Source: Candidatus Kapaibacterium sp. (GTDB lineage: Bacteria > Bacteroidota > Ignavibacteria > Kapaibacteriales > UBA2268). From it: a stretch of 64,000 nucleotides of DNA. The translations under genes and the position numbers were made by a program. The notes beneath the pieces were generated by a model. That model was given only the letters and a program-made list of their open reading frames with translations, did not search any database and was not told the origin of the DNA. The stretch lies in assembly GCA_963664875.1 (NCBI GenBank), contig OY761611.1, positions 800,001 through 864,000 on the forward strand. Reading direction: 5' to 3'. Positions 18,768 through 27,604 of the stretch are shown here, in pieces. Numbering within the stretch: the first letter of the stretch is position 1; each line of letters starts with the position of its first letter.

Positions 18768-20195
18768 TTAGTATCTATAGCTCAATCCAAGTCCAAAATA
18801 CATATTAGTATTGCTTACATCATAGCTGGTATAAGTTGCAGGACGGTCTTGAGAGCCGTATAAAACTCTTTCTTCGTCTCTGCTATCGGTCATAAAAGTT
18901 ATGTTTAGCATCACATCTTTACCTATCAAAACACCAAGCCCACCGGTAATTTTGCTAATGTCACTGTACAAATCTTTTTCTTTGTAAGGCGAACCAATAT
19001 GAGTATATCCGGCTCTAACAAAAAGGTTTGCTGCAGGTATAAAATATTCGAATGCAATGCCGTATTTTAGCTGCGAACCGAGGTCTTCCACAATATATCT
19101 GTTTACTTCCTCAATATAAGTATCTATTTCAGCAGTTGAAGAGCTAAATTCCATTTGAGAAGCATCTGAATACTCTATGCCAATGCTTGTGGTCAATCCG
19201 ACAATATTATACGAGAAACCTAAATTATAGACGAACGGAGTATAAATAGAATAACTATTGTAAAGATATTCTTTTTGTTTAGATTCTATAAAATCACCTG
19301 TATCAAATGTAGCATAGTAATCTGTGTAAAACTCCTCGTCCATACTGTATTTTGTAGGGAATTTAACACCTACGCTTATTCTTGAGTTTTCTGTTGGTTT
19401 AGCCAAAAAGCCAACGGTCCCTGAGATGCCTGAAATATCCTGTGTTACATGACTTTTAACCTGCAACTCATCTAAATCGCCATAGATTTCATCTGTGCTT
19501 GTCTTGTATTTGTTTTGAGTGTCTGTTTCTCTGAAATCTTTGCTATAAGAATATGAACCCCACTTCCCTACAATAGAGAAACCGATGCTTACCTGATCTG
19601 TCAATTCAAAACCGGCACCACCTATAACGTTATGAATTCCACCAGACTCATCTATATAAGCGGATTGAGTCAAATCATTCTGATATGGAGTAATGTTTCC
19701 GTTAGACAAGTACATATCATGTGCAAATCCGTTTGTTCCATTTAGCTCTGCGTCATTTCGAATGTATGTACTCGAATTATTAAATCCCTCAATTTTTACA
19801 GTATTGTCAAAACTTGATTCTCTGAAGTATCCCACAGCAATTACTGAATTCAATCCTGTATTAGAGCGTAAAGGAGAAGCCACACCAATATGAGAAATAA
19901 ACTCATCGTTCACATCTATTGAGTGAGTGTCCCACCTGAAATTGTTATCGTTATTGATATTTGAGATACCAAATCCGATTGAAAGTTCAGCTTTTGGTAT
20001 CAGACTCAATCCAGCAGGATTGTAGTATAAGGCACTGAAATCATCAGCAATTCCCGCAAATCCTATCCCCATTGAACCTGAACGTGAGGAAATCATCCCG
20101 TTATTATTTAATAAACGTACACCATCTTCCATAAATTGAGCTTTTGCTTCAAAGCTAACTAAAAACAATAGCATAATTGCCAATAACTTTTTCAT
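18768..20195 (-). CDS. FadL/OmpP1-type outer-membrane beta-barrel protein
   Basis: SSRSGSMG...ADDFSALYYNPAGL hatch motif; C-terminal GLSYRY. Confidence 0.8.
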   Translation of the reverse strand: MKKLLAIMLLFLVSFEAKAQFMEDGVRLLNNNGMISSRSGSMGIGFAGIADDFSALYYNPAGLSLIPKAELSIGFGISNINNDNNFRWDTHSIDVNDEFISHIGVASPLRSNTGLNSVIAVGYFRESSFDNTVKIEGFNNSSTYIRNDAELNGTNGFAHDMYLSNGNITPYQNDLTQSAYIDESGGIHNVIGGAGFELTDQVSIGFSIVGKWGSYSYSKDFRETDTQNKYKTSTDEIYGDLDELQVKSHVTQDISGISGTVGFLAKPTENSRISVGVKFPTKYSMDEEFYTDYYATFDTGDFIESKQKEYLYNSYSIYTPFVYNLGFSYNIVGLTTSIGIEYSDASQMEFSSSTAEIDTYIEEVNRYIVEDLGSQLKYGIAFEYFIPAANLFVRAGYTHIGSPYKEKDLYSDISKITGGLGVLIGKDVMLNITFMTDSRDEERVLYGSQDRPATYTSYDVSNTNMYFGLGLSYRY

Positions 20196-20236
20196 ATTTA
20201 TTTATCCTCAATGTCTGTCCTATATTATCCTAAACT

Positions 20237-21415
20237 TTATCTTGATCTTCTTGAAGAACCACCACTACTGCTTCCTGAACTGCTACTACCAGAACTCCTT
20301 GTGCTTCTGGAGCTTCCGCTGTTAGAGCTTGGAGTATAAGAGCTTCCCGAGCTACGGGAACCACTTGAACTTGGTGTGTAAGAACTTCCTGAGCTACGTG
20401 AACCGCTTGAACTTGGTGTATAAGAACTTCCTGAGCTGCGAGTGCCGCTTGAGCTCGGTGTATAAGAGCTTCCAGAGCTGCGAGTGCCGCTTGAGCTCGG
20501 TGTGTAAGAGCTTCCAGAGCTGCGGGAACTTCTTGACGAAGGAGTATAAGTATTTGAGTTTTCAGTACTTCTTGTATTTCTATATGTAGGAGTGTAAGTA
20601 TTTCTTCCTGAATTATTTGCATCGCTGCTTCTTACTGTGCGTGTTGAACCGGTTATATAAGATCTGGCTTCAGAATTTGACCTACTGCGTGAACTCACAG
20701 AAGAAGTATTATAAATTGCTCTCGAGCTTCGGCTGTCTCTTGTAGATTCCACAGAACTGCTTCTGGTAGAACGAGTACCATAACTGTTATACAAATCTCT
20801 GTGTCCTGTAGAGTAAGATCTGCTTGAATACGTTTTTCGGGAAGTACCAAAATCTCTATAAGAGTGTCTCATTGGTCGGGAATAGTAAGTATAAACAGGT
20901 TGGTGATACCATCTGAAATAGCCAGGATGGTAATGAGAATGCCAATAAGAACCGTAATAAGGATTATAGCTATACCAAGGAGAGTACCAGTCGTAACCCC
21001 AATAATAACCTACTCCAAAACTCACATGAAAACCGGAATTATAGGTGTAGAACGGATATGCTCCCCATCCGTAATAATTTCTCCACCAAGGCACTACAAC
21101 AGGTACATATAGTGGCTCTGCATAGTTGTAATTATTTACGACATAGACAGGGTCTGTGCCTGCAGAATAGACACCTTGTGCACTTTGATTATCTTCAGCA
21201 AGCGGATTGACCCATTCATCATCGGCTTGTTTCTGTGGCTTTTCGGTAGTATATTGTGCCGGAGCTGCTTGCACAGGTATATTATTTACCTGGACTTTTT
21301 CAGGTTCGACATTGTTATTATATCCATAATAATGAGAATGCTGATGAGTCGCACATGCACTTAGTGAAAATACTAATGCAACCGGCACAAATATTTTTAA
21401 AATTAGGTTTTTCAT
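20237..21415 (-). CDS. Lipoprotein with Tyr/Trp/Pro-rich core and Ser/Arg/Gly low-complexity tail
   Basis: Lipobox LSAC; AAGGAG SD; co-oriented with the FadL-like gene. Confidence 0.8.
   Translation of the reverse strand: MKNLILKIFVPVALVFSLSACATHQHSHYYGYNNNVEPEKVQVNNIPVQAAPAQYTTEKPQKQADDEWVNPLAEDNQSAQGVYSAGTDPVYVVNNYNYAEPLYVPVVVPWWRNYYGWGAYPFYTYNSGFHVSFGVGYYWGYDWYSPWYSYNPYYGSYWHSHYHPGYFRWYHQPVYTYYSRPMRHSYRDFGTSRKTYSSRSYSTGHRDLYNSYGTRSTRSSSVESTRDSRSSRAIYNTSSVSSRSRSNSEARSYITGSTRTVRSSDANNSGRNTYTPTYRNTRSTENSNTYTPSSRSSRSSGSSYTPSSSGTRSSGSSYTPSSSGTRSSGSSYTPSSSGSRSSGSSYTPSSSGSRSSGSSYTPSSNSGSSRSTRSSGSSSSGSSSGGSSRRSR
20325..20550 (-). repeat. Coding tandem repeat, about 5 x 42 bp (SSGSSYTPSSSG[T/S]R)
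   Basis: Repeat units visible directly, differing mostly at synonymous sites. Confidence 0.9.
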
Positions 21416-21477
21416 GACTGACTCCTTTACGCAAAGATGACGTAGATAAAATTGATATTTTTCGACTCTACTTATAT

Positions 21478-21501
21478 AACGTTACAAAACCAAAAAGGTT
21501 T
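21478..21501 (-). promoter_or_regulatory. Putative ECF-type promoter AAAC-N16-CGTT
   Basis: Matches the generic ECF AAC/CGT consensus about 60 nt upstream of ATG 21415. Confidence 0.45.
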
Positions 21502-21646
21502 ATTATTATAACGAAGTAAAGTTAAGATATGTAAAAAAAACCGAAAAAAATAAGGAAATCGGCTCTCTTACTAAAAAAATACTAAAAAAAAAACTTTTTT
21601 TTGATTCGCAAACTCAGTATTTTTGTATCAGTTCGATTGACAAAGG

Positions 21647-21731
21647 GCTCGGATGGCGGAAGTGGTAGACGCACAGGACTTAAAATCCTGTGACCTTTTT
21701 GGTCGTGTGGGTTCAAGTCCCACTCCGAGTA
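21647..21731 (+). tRNA. tRNA-Leu (anticodon TAA), CCA not encoded
   Basis: Acceptor stem GCTCGGA/TCCGAGT, D-arm GGTAGAC, anticodon arm CAGGA-CTTAAAA-TCCTG, long variable arm, GTTCAAGTC T-loop. Confidence 0.97.
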
Positions 21732-21738
21732 CTCGGAT

Positions 21739-21779
21739 AAAACCCTAATATCTTTTAAAACAAGGTGTTAGGGTTTTTT
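21739..21779 (+). terminator. Terminator after tRNA-Leu
   Basis: AAAACCCTAATA...TGTTAGGGTTTTTT. Confidence 0.8.
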
Positions 21780-21983
21780 GTTTTTAGCATCAACTCAATA
21801 ATCAATCCTCTCCAATCATTAACATCTAATATAAACACAATTACCTCTAAGCATAATTCCAATGCAAACACGCTACATTATAAATTAAATTGAGTGTATA
21901 ATTCATGTGCTAAGCACAAGCCATGAACTTATTTCATAAATTGCATTTTTTCATTCTTTACATTTTTATAAAGGCATATTGAA

Positions 21984-23690
21984 ATGCAATCACAGCGTAG
22001 GGAGGTTTTTAACATACCTTCTTTTTTTGATATCAAATCTAATTTAAGTTCGGGCATCACAGTCGGATTAGTAAATATTCCCCTGTCTCTTGCCTTGGGT
22101 ATAGCTTGCGGTGCGACTCCTCTGCAGGGCATAATAACGGCTATTTGGGCAGGTATCCTTTCATCTGTGTTAGGAGGTAGCAAGTTCAATATATTAGGCC
22201 CTACGGGTGCATTGTCCGGTATTCTTATGGGATTTGCTGTATTAAACGGAGCAGAAACTCTCCCCTTTATGGCTATTGCAGTTGGCTTGAGTATTCTATT
22301 GTGTTACTTCTTCAAGTGGTACAAGTATATTATTTTTATTCCGGTCAGTGCTATTCAGGGATTTACTTTAGGAGTTGCCCTACTGCTTGTGCTTTCTCAA
22401 TTTGATTTTCTATTTGGAACGGTCTTTATAGAAAATTCAGATAAACTCGCGAAGATAAGTGCTGCTTTTACTACTAATGCAGATATTTCAGTGCCTTCTA
22501 TGCTTTTATTTCTATTTTCTCTAACTTTTCTTCTTAGTGCAAAAAAAGTCATGCCAAAAATTCCTGCAGCTATATTGATTTCGGCAATAGGAATTTTGGT
22601 AGCTTATCTGTCTGAAATTGGAGTGATCTCTTTTAAAGTTTTGAGCTTGAATAATTTATATTCTGATTTTGAAGGCAATGTGTTCCAAAATATAATGCCG
22701 AACTTCAGCGGTGTTTCGTTTAATAAAGAGTTCTTCTCTGCAACTGCTGCTGTCAGCGTTGTTGCTATTTTGGAAACTCTGATTTCAGCAAGAATAGCAA
22801 CCGAAATGACCGGAATCAGATTCAACAGAAAAAAAGAGATAATTGGGCTCTCTATGGCTAATATCTTTTCAGGCATTATGGGTGGAATTCCTGCTACTGC
22901 AGCTTTAGCAAGAACTGCACTTAATATCAAAAGCGGAGCTACGCATTATGTTTCTGCATTTATCAGCTCTATTTGCGTAATTTTGGTTTCTTTGTTTTTA
23001 TTTGATTATTTCAGATTTATGCCGCTTGCAGTAATAGCTGCAATTTTGACCAATGTCGCTGTCAATATGGTAGAATTTGAACATATCAAAGGTATGTTCA
23101 AGTTGGACAAAGTTTCTTTTATTCTTTTGTTTGTGGTAGCTATCCTTACAGTTATAGAAGATCCGATTGTTGGTATATTGGTAGGCTCTATTATTTCTCT
23201 TTTAAGATTTGTTTCTACTATTTCAAAAAGCCATGCAGAGATTACCGTTGTATCTTTTGCTGAAGACAAACCATCTTACAGAACAAGCATCACAGATTAT
23301 ATTGAAGGTTCTCAAGAGGGCGATATCATTTGCTATAGATTTGCAGGTGAGATGACTTATATCACAGCACCTGTCCACTTAGATCATATCAGTAAAATAA
23401 AGGGCAATAAGATAGTGGTATTGTCATTTCGTAACTTATACTTTATGGATATTGAGGGTCTTCAGAATCTTGGCGAAATGATTTGCACTTTGGAGAGCAA
23501 TGGTCACAAAGTAGCACTTGCCTCTATAAGTGATAATCTAAAACCAAGTTTTGACAATAATGTTGATTTCAAAAGGTTAGAAACTATGGGTTTGCTATTT
23601 GCAAGCTCAACAAAAGCGGTACATTTTTACAAAGGTAATAATTTAGTAGAAGAAACAAGTAAACTCGATCAACCAATCACCAAAGAATAA
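21984..23690 (+). CDS. SulP family anion permease with STAS domain
   Basis: IPLSLALGIA, GPTGA and GGIPATAALART motifs; C-terminal STAS (YFMDIEG). Confidence 0.93.
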   Translation: MQSQRREVFNIPSFFDIKSNLSSGITVGLVNIPLSLALGIACGATPLQGIITAIWAGILSSVLGGSKFNILGPTGALSGILMGFAVLNGAETLPFMAIAVGLSILLCYFFKWYKYIIFIPVSAIQGFTLGVALLLVLSQFDFLFGTVFIENSDKLAKISAAFTTNADISVPSMLLFLFSLTFLLSAKKVMPKIPAAILISAIGILVAYLSEIGVISFKVLSLNNLYSDFEGNVFQNIMPNFSGVSFNKEFFSATAAVSVVAILETLISARIATEMTGIRFNRKKEIIGLSMANIFSGIMGGIPATAALARTALNIKSGATHYVSAFISSICVILVSLFLFDYFRFMPLAVIAAILTNVAVNMVEFEHIKGMFKLDKVSFILLFVVAILTVIEDPIVGILVGSIISLLRFVSTISKSHAEITVVSFAEDKPSYRTSITDYIEGSQEGDIICYRFAGEMTYITAPVHLDHISKIKGNKIVVLSFRNLYFMDIEGLQNLGEMICTLESNGHKVALASISDNLKPSFDNNVDFKRLETMGLLFASSTKAVHFYKGNNLVEETSKLDQPITKE

Positions 23691-23700
23691 AAAATAAAGC

Positions 23701-23737
23701 CAGAGATATTGCTGTTTTCAATTCAGCAATATCTCTG
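23701..23737. terminator. Bidirectional terminator between SulP and DUF523 genes
   Basis: CAGAGATATTGCTG/CAGCAATATCTCTG inverted repeat between convergent genes. Confidence 0.75.
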
Positions 23738-23759
23738 ACTTATCATAATATTATTTCTA

Positions 23760-24167
23760 CTACTCTATAGTCTCAATAGTAATACCATTGTTTAAAAGCA
23801 ACTCTGCAAATACTCCATTCCCTTCGATTATTTTGCCCGTAAAGGAGCCGTCATATATTTTGCCACAACCACAGGAAGGACTCCGTTGTTGCAATATTGC
23901 TTTGTTTACACCCAATATTTTTGCAATCTCAAGTGCCTTTTGTGCACCTAAAACAAACTGAGAAGTGTAATCATTGCCATCAGCCGTAACAACTCGTCCT
24001 TGGTTTATCTCGCAAGACTCGCGAGGAATTGGCATACCTCCCAAGACTTCAGGACATATAGGAAAAGCCTTCGTTTCGATTACCATTCTCATGATTTCTT
24101 CTATCTGTTTGCCATTCCCATCGTATCTGCATTTGCAACCTGCAAGGCAAGCACTCACCAAAACCAT
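23760..24167 (-). CDS. DUF523 (TudS-like thiouracil desulfidase family) Fe-S protein
   Basis: VSACLAGCKCRYDG, CPE, RSPSCG motifs. Confidence 0.9.
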   Translation of the reverse strand: MVLVSACLAGCKCRYDGNGKQIEEIMRMVIETKAFPICPEVLGGMPIPRESCEINQGRVVTADGNDYTSQFVLGAQKALEIAKILGVNKAILQQRSPSCGCGKIYDGSFTGKIIEGNGVFAELLLNNGITIETIE

Positions 24168-24168
24168 A

Positions 24169-25590
24169 TTACACCTGAAAGACTTTTAGAGTATTGTCCG
24201 GCATATCTGCATAAGGAGCCAATCCGGCAACAAATACAACGGTATCGCCTGTTTTAATATGCTTGAAGTTTTTGACGTAATTACCTAAATCTGTGAAAAT
24301 ATTATCTTTATCTTTGAATTCTTCAACTAATATCGGTTTTATTCCTCTTACAATGCAGAGAAATCTTAGAGTTTCTATATTGTTTGTCAGAGCAATGATA
24401 GGAATATCAGGTCTATACTTGGCAATGTTTCTGGCAGTAAAAGTTGAATTCGTAAATGGAATAATTGCTGCTGCTTCTATCTGATCGGCAATTACACAAG
24501 CCGCTTTTCCGAGTGCATCAGCAATATTGTCCATAACAGTATCGAGCCTTTGATAGCGATGAGCACCGGCATGATTGTTTTTTTCCATGCTTATAATTAT
24601 TTTGCTCATATACTCAACTGCATCTAAAGGATACTTCCCTACACTTGTTTCACCACTTAGCATTACGCAATCTGTACCATCGAGTACAGCGTTGGCAACA
24701 TCACTTGCTTCTGCACGGGTTGGTCGCGGGTTTTCTATCATAGATTCGAGCATTTGTGTAGCAGTGATTACAGGTTTACCGTGATAATTGCATCTTGCTA
24801 TGATATCTTTCTGAATTGCAGGTACTTCTTCGGCAGGCATTTCTAAGCCCAGATCACCTCGAGCTACCATAATCCCGTCAGCCTCGCGAATAATAGACTC
24901 TATAGAATTATACGCCTCTGCCCTTTCGATTTTGGCAACGACCGGCACTTGGCGTCTGAATATTTTCATCGCCATTCTCAAATCGTAAACATCCTTTTCG
25001 GATCTAACGAAAGACAAAGCTACCATATCGATACCATTTTCAAGACCAAATTTCAAATCATCAAGGTCTTTATCGCTCAGAGAAGGAGCTGAAATACAAC
25101 TTCCCGGGGCTATAATGCCTTTTCTGCTTTTAAGAGTACCACCTTTGATTACTTTTGTAATTATATCATTACCTTTGACTTCTTCAATCATCAAACTTAT
25201 GTATCCGTCGTCAAGTAAAAGTGGTTTGCCGGGTTGAACATCTTGGACTATCTGCGGAAAAGTAGTTGGTACTTTCTGTGAGTTCCCCTCAGTCATCTCG
25301 TCTGCTGTTATAATGAACTTTGCTCCGTCTTCCAAAAAACAAGCACCGCCCTCTATCTCGCCTACTCTGATTTTTGGACCTTGCAAGTCCTGCATTATCG
25401 CAACTTCTCTGCCGGTTATCTTAGCAGCTTCTCTGATATTTCGGATTGTCTGGATATGTTGTTCGTGTGAGCCGTGAGAAAAATTAAGTCTTGCAGCATC
25501 CATTCCGGTCTCAATTAGCCTGATGAGCATATCCAAATCAGAGGTCGAGGGACCGATAGTACAAACAATTTTTGTTTTTTTCGAATTCAT
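24169..25590 (-). CDS. pyk: Pyruvate kinase
   Basis: KTKIVCTIGP, RLNFSHG, DLQGPKIR, MVARGDLG, TQMLESM, MLSGET. Confidence 0.98.
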   Translation of the reverse strand: MNSKKTKIVCTIGPSTSDLDMLIRLIETGMDAARLNFSHGSHEQHIQTIRNIREAAKITGREVAIMQDLQGPKIRVGEIEGGACFLEDGAKFIITADEMTEGNSQKVPTTFPQIVQDVQPGKPLLLDDGYISLMIEEVKGNDIITKVIKGGTLKSRKGIIAPGSCISAPSLSDKDLDDLKFGLENGIDMVALSFVRSEKDVYDLRMAMKIFRRQVPVVAKIERAEAYNSIESIIREADGIMVARGDLGLEMPAEEVPAIQKDIIARCNYHGKPVITATQMLESMIENPRPTRAEASDVANAVLDGTDCVMLSGETSVGKYPLDAVEYMSKIIISMEKNNHAGAHRYQRLDTVMDNIADALGKAACVIADQIEAAAIIPFTNSTFTARNIAKYRPDIPIIALTNNIETLRFLCIVRGIKPILVEEFKDKDNIFTDLGNYVKNFKHIKTGDTVVFVAGLAPYADMPDNTLKVFQV

Positions 25591-26336
25591 ATCAAAACTC
25601 CAAAATATATATATAATAATATTCGAATTTTATCAACTAAAAGCCAAATAGAAACAGAAGCTAAGGAGCTTAAAATAAGATATATCAATATTTTCTTCCA
25701 TACTTTCTTTCCTTTGAACGGAAAGAATGGGCAGGCAAAAATGAAAGTTAGCAATCCAAAAACATCTATGAGTACTGAGAAATATTCTACTTCCTGGCGC
25801 GCAAGGGTTTTGTTGAAATCAGCCTGTCGCAAAATTATCTCGGCACCGGAATTTCCAAATGCAACTGCTTTGATGGTAGAATCTGTTGCGTTTTTGTCAG
25901 ACAAATTTTCTATAATAGTCTGCCTAATCGGAACAGAATAGTTCCCGATTTCGAGCTCTAAGGTTTCGCCGGAATCTAAAGCAGTGATATAATTGTATGA
26001 TAGTGCAGCTCGGTATGATGCAGGAATCCAGAATTGAGAAGTATCTAATTTTTGTTTGAATAGATAATGCTGTTTTTCAGACGAAAAGTTTGAAAGGCTT
26101 ATCTTTTGAAAGTTTTCACTTTGGAAACCATACTCAGAGATATACTGATTGATTGCAAGATTAGGATATATGATAAAAGCCAAGGCATAGATAAGATATA
26201 AAGATATAAAGGTGTTTTTTGACAAGTCCTTTAATCTTATATAGCTGTCAGTCTTTATTTTTTTGATTTTTCTGACAAAGAGAATCAAAAAAAACAAAAT
26301 CGCTACTATATTTATGGATAGATGTATAATCTGCAT
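25587..26336 (-). CDS. Hypothetical membrane protein (about 4 TM)
   Basis: 249-aa ORF overlapping the pyk start by 4 nt; hydrophobic ends. Confidence 0.7.
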   Translation of the reverse strand: MQIIHLSINIVAILFFLILFVRKIKKIKTDSYIRLKDLSKNTFISLYLIYALAFIIYPNLAINQYISEYGFQSENFQKISLSNFSSEKQHYLFKQKLDTSQFWIPASYRAALSYNYITALDSGETLELEIGNYSVPIRQTIIENLSDKNATDSTIKAVAFGNSGAEIILRQADFNKTLARQEVEYFSVLIDVFGLLTFIFACPFFPFKGKKVWKKILIYLILSSLASVSIWLLVDKIRILLYIYFGVLI

Positions 26337-26347
26337 ATTAAGCGAAA

Positions 26348-26863
26348 TTAGTAAAACAAATCGCTGCTATCTATAAGACTTTCGGTATTATATCTAATTT
26401 CCTTTACATCAGAATATTTCGATTTCAGCTCAGAAGTCTGCGGAAGAGTGCCTTCTCTCATTTCGATATATTCCAAATAGCTGGAGAACTCCCAATCTTC
26501 GGGTTTATCGGTGTATCCGGCTTTGACCGGACAAAAATGTATAGCATTAATAGTTTTTTCAATATCACATTCTGATTTCAACTCAATAGCTTTGATTTCG
26601 TTGATATTCAGAGTTTTTCGGTACTTCATAAATATTTTATTTCTAAGTTTTTGCAGCTGCTGTAAAGAGTCTTGGTTGCTATCCTTAATTTCTATCAAAA
26701 AATCAAATTTATCAGGCAACATACAGTATGCAATTACTTCTGAAAAATCTCCGACATAGACTCTATATTTATTCAAAAAGAAATAGTAATGTTCGTAATT
26801 ATCAAATAATTTACCTTTGTGATCATATACCAAGTGATAAAAAGATCCGACAGTAAAATCCAT
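26348..26863 (-). CDS. RAYT/Y1 (HUH) transposase-like protein with degenerate catalytic residues
   Basis: FYHL..., AYCMLPDKFDFL (normally YCLMPNHxHLL), AIHFCPVKAG...PEDWEFSSY (normally YIHxNPVKAG...W.WSSY). Confidence 0.7.
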   Translation of the reverse strand: MDFTVGSFYHLVYDHKGKLFDNYEHYYFFLNKYRVYVGDFSEVIAYCMLPDKFDFLIEIKDSNQDSLQQLQKLRNKIFMKYRKTLNINEIKAIELKSECDIEKTINAIHFCPVKAGYTDKPEDWEFSSYLEYIEMREGTLPQTSELKSKYSDVKEIRYNTESLIDSSDLFY

Positions 26864-26984
26864 AAGGTTCTCTCCAATTTACAATTATTCAAAGATATTG
26901 AATAAAAAGAAGCCAAACAATGATAATACTTAAAAGTGCAAAAAAAAAGGTTGTCTGATAAAACCCAAACAACCTCATGCTTTT

Positions 26985-27491
26985 TTAAATTTCTAACTCG
27001 GTTAGTACTTCTTTTTCCGAAGTGCTCAAAATTCTTTCCAAATCTAACAGTATCAGCAGCCTATCCTCTAATTTCCCGATAGCAGTTATGTATTCTGCAT
27101 CGATACCTGCAACCATCGCAGGCGGAGCTTCTGTAATGCTCTTATTTATTCGAAGTACTTCATTTACAGCATCAACAATAAAACCGATAATTTTGGATTC
27201 TAACTCAACAACAACTATTCTGGTATCTTTATCAGCTTCCTTCTGCACCATATTCAATCGGTGACGAAGATCAATAATTGGTATTACCTTGCCTCTCAGG
27301 TTGATAACACCTTCTACATAGTCAGGTGCATTTGGCACTCTGGTGATGTCCACCATCCTGTTGATTTCCTGCACCTTAAGGATATCAACTCCAAATTCTT
27401 CTTCACCAATATTAAAGCTAACCAGTTGCAGAAGCTCGTCACTCATTACAACACTGTCAACTTTTTGGGCATCATTTTTTTGTACTTTCAT
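26985..27491 (-). CDS. cheW: Chemotaxis protein CheW (no other che genes in the window)
   Basis: QLVSF...EEFGVDILKVQEI...VEGVINLRGKVIPIIDL; GGAGG SD before ATG 27491. Confidence 0.95.
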   Translation of the reverse strand: MKVQKNDAQKVDSVVMSDELLQLVSFNIGEEEFGVDILKVQEINRMVDITRVPNAPDYVEGVINLRGKVIPIIDLRHRLNMVQKEADKDTRIVVVELESKIIGFIVDAVNEVLRINKSITEAPPAMVAGIDAEYITAIGKLEDRLLILLDLERILSTSEKEVLTELEI

Positions 27492-27604
27492 TGTGCCTCC
27501 ACAGTTTTGTATTTCAGAACCATATAAAGATATATTTTGTAAACGCAATATACAAATAAATATTTAACAATGCTTAAGAAATACCTATTATTAGCTACTT
27601 ATAA

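Noticed and set aside
20325-20550. Possible CRISPR array
   Set aside because: Contiguous 42-bp in-frame coding repeats with no unique spacers and no cas genes in the window.
20230-20622. 130-aa alternative-frame ORF
   Set aside because: By-product of the tandem repeat inside the lipoprotein gene.
21647-23690. Genomic island integrated at tRNA-Leu
   Set aside because: No integrase, and no duplicated tRNA 3' end noticed in the window.
23701-23737. Extra copy of the ATATTGCT operator
   Set aside because: Wrong spacer length, and it sits between convergent 3' ends; better explained as a terminator.
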